Below, piece after piece: positions 47,364 to 56,526 of a stretch of 64,000 bases of DNA (the stretch's first letter is position 1; each line of letters opens with the position of its first letter). The notes beneath the pieces are model-generated. The model saw only the letters and a program-made list of their open reading frames with translations, was not told the origin of the DNA and ran no database searches. The position numbers and the translations under genes are program-made. The DNA is from Longimicrobiales bacterium. Lineage in GTDB: Bacteria; Gemmatimonadota; Gemmatimonadetes; Longimicrobiales; Gaopeijiaceae. The DNA lies in contig OZ220732.1 of NCBI GenBank assembly GCA_965116905.1, positions 2,592,001 through 2,656,000 on the forward strand, in the 5' to 3' direction.

Positions 47364-48540
47364 CACCGTCGTCGAAGCCCTGGAGCAGATTGCCGGGGGG
47401 GGACTCGTGATCGTCGCCGACGACGAGGACCGCGAAAACGAGGGCGACCTGGTGTGTGCCGCCGAGATGATCACGCCCGACCTGGTCAATTTCATGACCA
47501 AGTTCGGACGCGGGCTGATTTGCGTGTCGCTGACCGCCGAGCGCGCGGACGCCCTGGAGCTGCCGCTCATGACGAATCGCAACACCGACCCCCAGGAGAC
47601 CGCGTTCACCGTGTCGGTGGACGCTCACCGGCGTTTTGGCGTGACCACGGGCATCTCGGCGCACGACCGGGCGAAGACCGTTGAGGTGCTGGTGGACCCG
47701 AAGTCGACTCCCGAGGACCTCCGTCGGCCGGGACACATCTTCCCATTGCGGGCGCGCCGGGGGGGCGTGCTGCGTCGGGTTGGACAGACGGAGGCTGCCG
47801 TCGATCTCGCTCGCCTGGCGGGCCTTTCTCCAGCCGGGGTGATTTGCGAGATCCTGAACGAGGACGGGACCATGGCCCGCCGGGATCAACTCGAGGTCAT
47901 GGCCCGGGAGCACGACCTGAAGCTGATCACCGTCGAACAGGTCGTCGCATACCGGCTTGCCCGCGAACGCCTGGTAAGGCGCGTCGTGGAGGCACCGCTG
48001 AGGACTCCATGGGGTGAATTCCTCTGCATCGGCTACCGGAGCGACATCGACGATCGGGTGCATCTGGCCCTGGTGCGGGGAGAAGTGGCCGACATGAAGG
48101 AAGTCCTGGTGCGGATGCACGCGGAGAATCCGCTGGCCGATACCTTCGCTTCGGTTGACGAGCCCGGGGGCAATCTTCTGGCCGGCGCCATGAAGCGGAT
48201 TCAGGAGGAGGAACACGGTGTGGTCGTGTACCTTCACAGGGCACGCGGCGGTGATCGCCTGATCGACCGGCTCCTGCGCAGCTCCGACCAGCCGCCGATC
48301 CCCGAGCCATCCCGGGGATCCGGACAGGTGCTCAGGGACTACGGCATTGGGGCGCAGATCCTCCTCGACCTCGGATTGACGACGATTCGCTTGCTCACCA
48401 ACAGCCGGAAACACATCGTGGGACTGGACGGATACGCATTGCAGGTCACAGGCCGCGAGGAGTTTTCAGGGGTGACGATGGACGGCGGAGCATGGAGCGT
48501 CAGGGTCCCGGCGGGCCGGGGTCTGGAGTCCCGGCGATGA
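47353..48540 (+). CDS. ribB: DHBP synthase fused to a degenerate GTP cyclohydrolase II domain (RibBX-like)
   Basis: RibB motifs [25 protein letters not shown] and VICEI are intact. The C-terminal GCHII-like domain has [10 protein letters not shown] and no Cys ligands. Confidence 0.9.
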   Translation: MPFDTVVEALEQIAGGGLVIVADDEDRENEGDLVCAAEMITPDLVNFMTKFGRGLICVSLTAERADALELPLMTNRNTDPQETAFTVSVDAHRRFGVTTGISAHDRAKTVEVLVDPKSTPEDLRRPGHIFPLRARRGGVLRRVGQTEAAVDLARLAGLSPAGVICEILNEDGTMARRDQLEVMAREHDLKLITVEQVVAYRLARERLVRRVVEAPLRTPWGEFLCIGYRSDIDDRVHLALVRGEVADMKEVLVRMHAENPLADTFASVDEPGGNLLAGAMKRIQEEEHGVVVYLHRARGGDRLIDRLLRSSDQPPIPEPSRGSGQVLRDYGIGAQILLDLGLTTIRLLTNSRKHIVGLDGYALQVTGREEFSGVTMDGGAWSVRVPAGRGLESRR

Positions 48541-49037
48541 GTGATGGGCGGGATGCCACGATCGGTCTGCTCGTGGCGCGGTTCAACAACCTGGTGACCG
48601 AGCAGCTGCTGGAGGGAGCCCGGACGCGCCTGCTCGCCGAGGGGATTCCGGCGGAGCTGATCCGTGTCCTGCACGTGCCCGGAGCGTGGGACCTCCCACA
48701 GGGCGCGCGACGGATGGCGGATTCCGGCGAGTACGATGCGATCATCGCGATCGGGTGCGTGATCCGTGGAGAGACGGCCCATTTCGACTATGTGGCCGGG
48801 CACGCGAGCGACGGACTGGGGACGGTGGCCCTGTCGGCCGGGATACCGGTCGTATTCGGCGTCCTGACCACCGACAACGGGCAACAGGCGATGGCCCGGG
48901 CGGATGCCGGCGGTGCCAACAAGGGGGGCGAATTCGCAGAGGCTGCGCTCATGCTGCTCGATCTGTACGACGCCCATCCGACGGACGGCGCCACTTTCGG
49001 TGCCCGAGCCCCTTCGGCCACGGATTGCCAGGCTTGA
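48537..49037 (+). CDS. ribH: 6,7-dimethyl-8-ribityllumazine synthase
   Basis: ARFN, VPGAW, GCVIRGETAHFDYV, FGVLT and NKG. Confidence 0.95.
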   Translation: MSDGRDATIGLLVARFNNLVTEQLLEGARTRLLAEGIPAELIRVLHVPGAWDLPQGARRMADSGEYDAIIAIGCVIRGETAHFDYVAGHASDGLGTVALSAGIPVVFGVLTTDNGQQAMARADAGGANKGGEFAEAALMLLDLYDAHPTDGATFGARAPSATDCQA

Positions 49038-49501
49038 ACCGCATCCTCGACCCCCGGGCGCGTCGCGACCGCACGCGTTCGCGGGCGTGGTTCCTGCAGG
49101 TGCACTATCGCTGGGAGTCCGAGGGAGGCGTGTTCACCCCCGGTGAGGCGCTCGCCGCCACCGTGCGGGCCCGCAGGATCGCGCCCTCCCGGATCCGGTA
49201 CCTGGAACGCCTGGTGACCGCGTTCGAGGACAATCGCGAGGAGATCGAGGCGACCATCTCGCAGTGTCTGGACAACTGGCGCCTGGAGCGGCTTTCGGTC
49301 ATGGACAGGGGCATCCTGCGTCTGGGCGCCACCGAGATCCTGTGTCTGCCGGACCTGCCCGGTAAGGTGTCCATACAGGAGTCCGTGAGGCTGGCGGAGC
49401 GCTACGGGGGGTCGGAATCTCCCCGTTTCGTCAACGGCGTCCTGGATGCCGTGTTTCGGGCGGCAGGATCCGACGACTCCCCCCCGCGCGAGCGGCCGTG
49501 A
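49034..49501 (+). CDS. nusB: Transcription antitermination factor NusB
   Basis: NWRLERLSVMDRGILR and SPRFVNGVLD motifs, canonical position after ribH, TTGA overlap. Confidence 0.92.
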   Translation: MNRILDPRARRDRTRSRAWFLQVHYRWESEGGVFTPGEALAATVRARRIAPSRIRYLERLVTAFEDNREEIEATISQCLDNWRLERLSVMDRGILRLGATEILCLPDLPGKVSIQESVRLAERYGGSESPRFVNGVLDAVFRAAGSDDSPPRERP

Positions 49502-50625
49502 GTTCCCTGCGGATTCTGGTCGTGAACTGGCAGGACCGGCACAACCCGAACGCCGGGGGCGCCGAGGAACACCTCCATCAGGTCTTCGGCCGGCTGGCCG
49601 CCAGGGGTCATCGGATCACGCTGCTCTGCTCCGGGTGGCGGGGCGCCCGGCCCGAGCTGGAGGTCGATGGGATCCGCGTGCTGCGAGCGGGCGGGCGCTA
49701 CACCTTCAATGTCGCGGGACCCCTCTGCCACGCCCGCCATCTGGCCGACGAGGACTTCGATGTCGTCGTAGAGGACCTCAACAAGGTCCCCATGCTGGCC
49801 ACCCGCTGGGTCGACGCGCGGGCGCGGATGCTCCTGGTTCATCACCTCTTCGGTGCCACGGCCTTTCGCGAGGCCAACCCCGCTCTGGCGAGCGCCACGT
49901 GGCTGTTCGAGCGCGTCATACCTGCGGTCTACCGCGGCATCGATTGCGTCGCCGTCTCGGAGAGCACGCGAGAAGATCTCGTGGGTCGCGGAATCGATCC
50001 GGATCACATCACCGTCATCCGCAATGGCGTGGATCTCGACGGGCTGGGTCCCGCGCGGGAGCGCTTCCCGGACCCCACGGTGGTCTTCCTGGGCCGCTTG
50101 AAGCGATACAAGCGGGTCGACCTGGTGCTGCAGGCCGTCGCGCGGCTGCGTGATCGGGGCATGGACGTCAGAATGGTCGTTGCGGGGAAGGGCGACGCGC
50201 GCGACGCGCTCGAGCGCATGGCCCGCAGCCTTGGCATCCGGGATCACGTGCGATTCGCGGGCTTTGTGCCGGAGGAGGAGAAGCGCGAACTGCTGTCCAG
50301 GTCCTGGGTGCACGCGCTGACGTCGCCGAAGGAAGGCTGGGGCATCGCAAGCATCGAGGCCTCCGCATGCGGGACTCCCACGGTGGCCTCCAACTCTCCG
50401 GGCTTGCGCGAAACGGTGCGCGACGGCGACACGGGCGTCCTCGTGCCCCATGGTGACGTGGACGCATTGGCGGCGGCGCTTGCCCGAGTCATGGAGCCGT
50501 CGACGAGGGACCGCATGGGAGTCGCGGCGCGGCGAATGGCCGGACAATACACGTGGGACGGGGTCGCAACCGCCTTCGAGGACCTGCTGGGCCGTCTGGC
50601 CGCAACCGCCCGGACACGCCGCTGA
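49498..50625 (+). CDS. Glycosyltransferase family 4
   Basis: GGAE, GRLKRYKR and EGWGIASIEA (Ex7E) motifs. Confidence 0.92.
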   Translation: MSSLRILVVNWQDRHNPNAGGAEEHLHQVFGRLAARGHRITLLCSGWRGARPELEVDGIRVLRAGGRYTFNVAGPLCHARHLADEDFDVVVEDLNKVPMLATRWVDARARMLLVHHLFGATAFREANPALASATWLFERVIPAVYRGIDCVAVSESTREDLVGRGIDPDHITVIRNGVDLDGLGPARERFPDPTVVFLGRLKRYKRVDLVLQAVARLRDRGMDVRMVVAGKGDARDALERMARSLGIRDHVRFAGFVPEEEKRELLSRSWVHALTSPKEGWGIASIEASACGTPTVASNSPGLRETVRDGDTGVLVPHGDVDALAAALARVMEPSTRDRMGVAARRMAGQYTWDGVATAFEDLLGRLAATARTRR

Positions 50626-50743
50626 GCGTGCGGGTTTCCACACTGCTTTTTGCTAACTTGGACCTATGGAAGGCGTCGCCCTCCGGCCCGGCCCCGGCGT
50701 GGCGGCGGCTGAACCGCTCCCTCAACCTCTGGAGATCAGTCTC

Positions 50744-51061
50744 ATGGCGACACGCATCACCGCACACGGATGTGAGGTCAATCTGCGCTGGCGGAACCGC
50801 GCCTCGAAGCTCGCGGACGGTTGGCCCAGGTTCGACCCCGCCGTGATGGACGTCAGCTTCGTTTTCCGGCATGAAGGTCGTTCGCACAACGTCGAGGCCA
50901 TCGTGTCGCGGCGTCGCCTGCAGCCGGTCGTGGCCCGCGGTGAGGGGCCCGACTTTCGTGTGGCCCTGGATCAATTGGATGAGCATGTCAAGCGGATTCT
51001 CAAGCGTGACCGGTCGAGACGGAAGGACTATCGCCAGATGCCGTCAGGCGTGCAGAACTGA
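50744..51061 (+). CDS. hpf: Short HPF/RaiA-family ribosome-associated protein (divergent)
   Basis: MATRITAH-type N-terminus, ARGEGPDFRVALDQL helix, GGAG RBS, and position upstream of hprK. Confidence 0.75.
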   Translation: MATRITAHGCEVNLRWRNRASKLADGWPRFDPAVMDVSFVFRHEGRSHNVEAIVSRRRLQPVVARGEGPDFRVALDQLDEHVKRILKRDRSRRKDYRQMPSGVQN

Positions 51062-51117
51062 GACCATGCAGTGAAGCCGGATGCATCGCTGACCGGCCGG
51101 AAGCGGGTGGCCCGCCC

Positions 51118-52077
51118 GTGACGTCGTCGATTACCGTCCGCGACCTCCTGACGGCCAGGGAGGTGGTGCTGGAACTTGAACTGCTCACCTCCGAGGTGTC
51201 GCTCGACGGCCGCATCGGCAACCCCGACGTCTCCAGTCCGGGCCTGGCGCTGGCGGGGTACACGGCGCGCTTTCCCGATGGCCGTGCGCTGGTCTTCGGC
51301 GACACCGAGATGAGCTTTCTGGGCACGCTGGACCCACAGGAAGCGGAAACGCGTCTCGCGGAGGTGTTTGCGCGCGAGGTGCCCGCCGTTTTCGTCACCC
51401 GCGGCCTGGCCGTGCCCGGGCACTTCCTGTCCGCCGCGACCCGCGCCTCGGTGCCAGTCTTTCGCACGGGCCTGGCCACCAGGGAATTCTACCGGGTCTT
51501 GAAGCCGTACCTCGAGGATGTGCTGGCCCCCACCACGACCGTGCACGGCTCGCTGGCCGATGTGTACGGGATCGGCTTGCTCTTCACCGGCCCCAGCGGC
51601 ATCGGCAAGTCGGAGTGCGTGCTGGGGCTGGTGGCCCGGGGACACCGCCTGGTCGCCGACGACCTCGTTTTCGTTTCCAGGCGCGGGAACGATGTCCTGA
51701 TGGGCAAGGGACATGAACGCCAGGGTTTCCACATGGAAATCCGCGGGGTCGGCATCATCGACATCGCCTCGATGTTCGGTACGCGGGCCACGCGCCAGAG
51801 GAAGCGCGTCGAGATCATCGTCGATCTGCAGGACTGGGACGATTCGCGCGAGTACGATCGCACAGGGCTCGAGCGAGAGGTGACGACCATCCTCGGAGTC
51901 GAGATTCCGCGCGTGACCATCCCGCTCAATCCGGGCAAGAACCTGGCCGCCATCGCCGAGGTGATTGCGATGAACCAGCTCCTCGCGTACTCGGGCGTGG
52001 ATGTGCCGACACGATTCGACGACGGACTTCGCCAGGCGCTGAACCGCCGTGATTCGCTGATCGAGGATTATGAGTGA
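51118..52077 (+). CDS. hprK: HPr(Ser) kinase/phosphorylase
   Basis: PGLALAG, HGSLADVYG, Walker A GPSGIGKSE, LVADD and MEIRGVGIID. Confidence 0.96.
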   Translation: MTSSITVRDLLTAREVVLELELLTSEVSLDGRIGNPDVSSPGLALAGYTARFPDGRALVFGDTEMSFLGTLDPQEAETRLAEVFAREVPAVFVTRGLAVPGHFLSAATRASVPVFRTGLATREFYRVLKPYLEDVLAPTTTVHGSLADVYGIGLLFTGPSGIGKSECVLGLVARGHRLVADDLVFVSRRGNDVLMGKGHERQGFHMEIRGVGIIDIASMFGTRATRQRKRVEIIVDLQDWDDSREYDRTGLEREVTTILGVEIPRVTIPLNPGKNLAAIAEVIAMNQLLAYSGVDVPTRFDDGLRQALNRRDSLIEDYE

Positions 52078-52540
52078 TCGTGGGAGCGCCGCGAGTGATC
52101 GTGGAGGCGCCGCGAGTGGGAGCGCCGCGAGTGATCGTGGGAGCGCCGGGCCCGCGCGCGGCGTAGTGCTGGCCCACGGAGGACTCGCGGAAGGCCTGGT
52201 CGCCGCGGTTCGCCAGATCGCCGGTGTGACCGACGATGCGCTGGTGGGCGTGTCGCACGGCAGCGAGGGAAGGGAAGAGCTGTGCGACCGCGCGGTACGC
52301 GAACTGCGGGGACCACGCAACCTTCTGTTCACCGATCTGCCGAGCGGCGGGTGCCATCTGGCGGCGCTCATCGTGACCCGGGAGCGGCCGGACATTCCCG
52401 TGATCACCGGGGTCAACCTGCCCATGCTCCTGGATTTCGTGTTCAACCGCAGGCTCGATTTCGACGAGCTTGTCCCGCGCCTCGCGGAAAAGGGACGGAT
52501 CGCGATCGGGGGCAACCGGCCGCGGCCGCCGCTGCCCTGA
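52070..52540 (+). CDS. PTS EIIA, mannose/fructose type
   Basis: VVLAHG (phospho-His), FTDLPSG and ITGVNLPMLL. Confidence 0.9.
   Translation: MSDRGSAASDRGGAASGSAASDRGSAGPARGVVLAHGGLAEGLVAAVRQIAGVTDDALVGVSHGSEGREELCDRAVRELRGPRNLLFTDLPSGGCHLAALIVTRERPDIPVITGVNLPMLLDFVFNRRLDFDELVPRLAEKGRIAIGGNRPRPPLP
52072..52148 (+). repeat. 21-bp tandem repeat, about 4 units (GAGTGATCGTGGGAGCGCCGC), spanning the hprK stop and EIIA start
   Basis: Units at 52072, 52093, 52114 (6-bp deletion) and 52129. Confidence 0.9.
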
Positions 52541-52543
52541 GCC

Positions 52544-52810
52544 ATGGTCCGCTCTCTTGAGGTCCAGGTGCCGAACCGGCTGGGCATGCACGCAAGGCCG
52601 TCCGCCGAGTTCGTAAAGCTCGCGGGGGGCTTTTCGTCGTCGATTCTCGTGACCAGGAACGACATGCGCGTCAACGGCAAGAGCATCATGGGTGTGCTGA
52701 TGCTCGCGGCCGAAAAGGGCAGTTCGCTCACGATCACGGCGGACGGGGACGATGCCGAAGAAGCGGTCGAGGCGTTGGCGAATCTCGTGCGCGGCGGGTT
52801 CGATGAGTGA
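52544..52810 (+). CDS. ptsH: Phosphocarrier protein HPr
   Basis: GMHARP (His15) and NGKSIMGV (Ser46). Confidence 0.96.
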   Translation: MVRSLEVQVPNRLGMHARPSAEFVKLAGGFSSSILVTRNDMRVNGKSIMGVLMLAAEKGSSLTITADGDDAEEAVEALANLVRGGFDE

Positions 52811-54557
52811 CCCGTCGGCCCCCACCGTCCTCGAGGGCTTCCCCGCCGCCGAGGGAATTGCCAGGGGGACGGTGCGGCGGGTCGAGTGGAGCATCCCCGA
52901 GGTTGCGCACACCAGTGTACGGGCCCGCTCGACTGCTGGCGAGCTCGAGTGTTTCCGGGCGGCGCTGACCGATGCCCGCCGGCAACTCGAAGCGCTGAAG
53001 CGCGAGACCGAAGACCGCCTCGGGCCGGTCGAGGCGAGGATCTTCGATCCACAGATCCTCATGCTCGACGATCCCGACGTCGTGGAGGGAACCGAACGCT
53101 ACATCGCGGAGAACCGCCTCGCGGCGGCACGCGCCTTCGATTGGAGAATGCTGGAGCTCAAGGAGCGCTGGTCGCAGACCGACCAACCCATGGTGCTCGA
53201 CAGGCTCAACGACCTGGCGGACCTCAAGCTTCGTGTTCTGACCCGCCTGCTGGCGCTGCCCGCGCCGTGGGACCTGGGTTCCGCGACCGGGGTGGTGGCC
53301 GTGGCGCGAGACCTGACACCCAGCTTCGTGGCGACCCTGGACACCGATGCGGTTGTGGCCCTCGCGACCGACGAGGGTACGCGGACATCCCACTGGGCCA
53401 TCCTGGCGCGGTCGTTGCAGATCCCGGCCGTGGCGGGGCTGAATGGGGTGTCCTCGCAGGCGAGAGACGGGCAGATAATGGTCGTGGACGGGCGCTCCGG
53501 CAGGGTCGTCATCGATCCGGACGCGCGGGAAGCCGAGCGCTTCGAGCTGCGTCGGTCGGCGATCTTGGGGTGGAGGCGTGAGATCGCGGCGATTGCGCGT
53601 GAGGATGCGGTTACGCTCGACGGTACCGGGGTGGCGCTCCGGGCGAATCTCGACCTGCCCGGAGAGGCGGAGCGGGCCCTGGAACACGGCGCCGACGGGA
53701 TCGGGCTTTTCCGCACGGAGTTTCTCGTCGTGGGCCGCAACCGAGCCCCGGAAGAGGAGGAGCAGTACCACGCGTACAGAAGGGTGGCGAAGACTTTTGC
53801 CGGCCGGCCCGTCCTGACCCGCACCTTTGACCTGGGCGGGGACAAGTTCCCGGTCTTCCTGCGTGCTCCGGCCGAGGAAAACCCCCTCCTCGGCAGGCGG
53901 GGCGTGCGCGTTCTGCCGGACGAGACCGCGCTGTTCCTCACACAATTGCGTGCGATGCTGCGGGCCACCGCACACGGGGACGTGCGGATCATGGTGCCGC
54001 TCGTCAACACCCCGGAAGAGATCGTGTCGGTACGGCGGCTCCTTCGAACGGCCGAGGAGCAGTTGCGCCGCGAGGGCGTGCCGTTCTCGGAGCACGTCAG
54101 GCTGGGCGCCATGATCGAGACGCCGGCGGCGGCCCTGCAGTCCCTACAACTGGCCGCGCATGTCGATTTTCTTTCCATTGGCACCAACGACCTGGTCCAG
54201 TATACCCTGGCGGTCGACCGGACGAGTACACGCCTGGCCCACCTCTTCGACGAACTGCATCCGGCGGTGTTGCGGCAGATCTCGATGGTGGCGGAGGCCG
54301 GCAGGCAGGCGGGCGTGGAGGTGAGCGCCTGCGGAGAAATGGCCGCCAGGCCACTGGGCGCCCTGCTGTTGCTGGGCCTGGGCGTGGAGGCCCTGTCCGT
54401 GGCGTGGCCGTCCCTGCTCGAGATCAAGAGACTGGTCCGCAGGTGTCGCATGAGCGCGGTGCGCGCCGCGGCTGCCGAAGCCCTGAGTGCGCCGACCAGC
54501 TGCGACGTGAGACTGCGGCTCGACGAATCGCTGGGGGACTTGACGAGTCCCCCATAA
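52803..54557 (+). CDS. ptsI: PTS enzyme I
   Basis: TSHWAILAR (phospho-His), GIGLFRTEF, RTFDLGGDK, ENPLLG, GTNDLVQY and CGEMA. Confidence 0.95.
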   Translation: MSDPSAPTVLEGFPAAEGIARGTVRRVEWSIPEVAHTSVRARSTAGELECFRAALTDARRQLEALKRETEDRLGPVEARIFDPQILMLDDPDVVEGTERYIAENRLAAARAFDWRMLELKERWSQTDQPMVLDRLNDLADLKLRVLTRLLALPAPWDLGSATGVVAVARDLTPSFVATLDTDAVVALATDEGTRTSHWAILARSLQIPAVAGLNGVSSQARDGQIMVVDGRSGRVVIDPDAREAERFELRRSAILGWRREIAAIAREDAVTLDGTGVALRANLDLPGEAERALEHGADGIGLFRTEFLVVGRNRAPEEEEQYHAYRRVAKTFAGRPVLTRTFDLGGDKFPVFLRAPAEENPLLGRRGVRVLPDETALFLTQLRAMLRATAHGDVRIMVPLVNTPEEIVSVRRLLRTAEEQLRREGVPFSEHVRLGAMIETPAAALQSLQLAAHVDFLSIGTNDLVQYTLAVDRTSTRLAHLFDELHPAVLRQISMVAEAGRQAGVEVSACGEMAARPLGALLLLGLGVEALSVAWPSLLEIKRLVRRCRMSAVRAAAAEALSAPTSCDVRLRLDESLGDLTSPP

Positions 54558-54684
54558 TCTCCTTCCGTGACAGTCCCGGCGGCGCTGTGCCCTGGCCGTT
54601 CCCCGGATCGCCGGGCGGGGCTGCCGAGGAAGCGGGCACGGCATCTCCAACACCATTCACTTCTGCCAGAAGAAGCCGACACTC

Positions 54685-55872
54685 TTGAGTCTGAGTCTTT
54701 TCACATCCGAATCCGTTACGGAGGGGCACCCCGACAAGATCGCCGACCAGGTATCGGACGCCGTCGTCGACGCCATCCTGGCCACAGACCCGCAGGGCCG
54801 CGTCGCGTGTGAAACGCTGGTCGCGGCGGACAGGGTGCTCGTGGCGGGCGAGATCACGGTGGACGGGGAGCGTCCCGACGTCCCGGGCCTTGTCCGGCGC
54901 GTCATGCGTGACGCGGGCTACACCCGGCCCATGTACGGCCTGGACGGCACCCGTTGCGACCTGGCCCTGAATTCGCAGTCGCCGGAGATCGCGGCGGGCG
55001 TCGACCTCGGGGGAGCAGGTGACCAGGGCATGATGTTCGGGTTCGCCTGCGCCGAAACTCCGGAGCTCATGCCCGCGCCCATTTCGGCCGCTCACGCGCT
55101 GGTCAAGCGGCTGGCGCAGGTTCGCAAGGCGGGCGAGATCCCGTGGCTGGGGCCCGACGGCAAGTCGCAGGTCACCTTCGAGTACGATGGAATCGACCCC
55201 GTGCGGATCGCCACGGTCGTCGTCAGCACGCAGCACGCAGCCACACACCGGGGCCGCAAGCTGACCCAGGAGGACATCCGCGCCGAGGTCATTCGCAAGG
55301 TCATCGTCCCGGTGCTCCCGGAGCGCCATTTTGCCGCCGACGACGCAAAGATCCATGTGAACCCGAGCGGCAGCTTCGTATCCGGAGGACCGGAAGCGGA
55401 CGCGGGACTCACCGGGCGCAAGATCATCGTCGATACCTACGGAGGCATGGGCGGGCACGGCGGCGGCGCCTTCTCGGGCAAGGACCCGACCAAGGTGGAT
55501 CGGTCCGGGGCCTACGCCGCCAGGTGGGCCGCCAAGAACCTGGTCGCAGCCGGTGCTGCCTCCCGGTGCGAGGTGCGCCTGGCGTATGCGATCGGCAGGC
55601 CGGAACCGGTGCAGGTGTGGGTGGAATCGTTCGGAACCGGGTGCGTGCCGGACCCCGCTCTGTCGGCCGCGGTTCAGGACGTCTTCGATTTCCGGCCCAG
55701 ACGGATCATCCGTGATCTCGGTCTGAGGGAACCGGTCTTCGGGCCAACCGCGGCGTACGGGCATTTCGGCCGTACTCCGGCGGAAGCCAGCGCGGGTGGA
55801 CGCGATGTCAGTCTGTTCACGTGGGAGCGCACGGATCGCGTGGACGAACTGCGGACGGCGCTGGCGCTGTAG
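54685..55872 (+). CDS. metK: S-adenosylmethionine synthetase
   Basis: [25 protein letters not shown] and [16 protein letters not shown]. Confidence 0.97.
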   Translation: MSLSLFTSESVTEGHPDKIADQVSDAVVDAILATDPQGRVACETLVAADRVLVAGEITVDGERPDVPGLVRRVMRDAGYTRPMYGLDGTRCDLALNSQSPEIAAGVDLGGAGDQGMMFGFACAETPELMPAPISAAHALVKRLAQVRKAGEIPWLGPDGKSQVTFEYDGIDPVRIATVVVSTQHAATHRGRKLTQEDIRAEVIRKVIVPVLPERHFAADDAKIHVNPSGSFVSGGPEADAGLTGRKIIVDTYGGMGGHGGGAFSGKDPTKVDRSGAYAARWAAKNLVAAGAASRCEVRLAYAIGRPEPVQVWVESFGTGCVPDPALSAAVQDVFDFRPRRIIRDLGLREPVFGPTAAYGHFGRTPAEASAGGRDVSLFTWERTDRVDELRTALAL

Positions 55873-56010
55873 TTTCGTATCCCGGTCCGACTGCGGTTGC
55901 CCGACACGGGGGCGGGGTCGGAACGGGTGGCGCGGGACGGGTACGGGATACAACTTGTTACCCCCCCGGCGTCGCCGGCCACCGCAGAAGCCGCCAGGCG
56001 AGGAGGTCAT

Positions 56011-56526
56011 GTGATTGAGGTCAATGTGCAGAGCCTCGCGTTTGATCGCACTTCGAATACGCCGGTCGTCATTCTGCGCGAGGTGGGCACGGATCGGGTG
56101 CTGCCGATATGGATCGGGCCCGGTGAGGCGAGCGCGATCGCCATGCAGTTGGGAGGCGTTTCCTTCCAGAGGCCGTTGACCCACGATCTTCTGGTCTCGG
56201 TTCTGGGCGGACTCGGAGGGACCCTGCAGCGGGTTCTGATCACGCGTGTCGAGGACAGCACCTACTTCGCCGAGCTCATCATCGACCGGGACGGTGATCT
56301 CATATCGGTGGACGCGAGACCTTCGGACTCGATCGCCATCGCCCTGCGCGCCGAGGCGCGCATATTCGCGGACGACGCCCTGCTGGCGGCCGTGTCGGAG
56401 GCCATGCCCGTCACCGACGGCGACGAAGAGGGCGAGGAGAACGGCGAATCGCGCATAAGCGGCGAAGCCCTCGAGGAGCACCTGCGCAGGTTGCGCCCCG
56501 AAGATTTCGGACGGTTCGACCACTGA
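56011..56526 (+). CDS. Bifunctional nuclease family protein (DUF151)
   Basis: LPIWIGPGEA, RPLTHDL and DARPSDSIAIALR. AGGAGG RBS before GTG 56011. Confidence 0.93.
   Translation: MIEVNVQSLAFDRTSNTPVVILREVGTDRVLPIWIGPGEASAIAMQLGGVSFQRPLTHDLLVSVLGGLGGTLQRVLITRVEDSTYFAELIIDRDGDLISVDARPSDSIAIALRAEARIFADDALLAAVSEAMPVTDGDEEGEENGESRISGEALEEHLRRLRPEDFGRFDH

Noticed and set aside
55878..55951. Inverted repeat GTATCCCG…CGGGATAC after metK
   Set aside because: It is only an 8-bp stem with a long irregular interior, no U-tract and no second copy, so I cannot call a terminator or REP.
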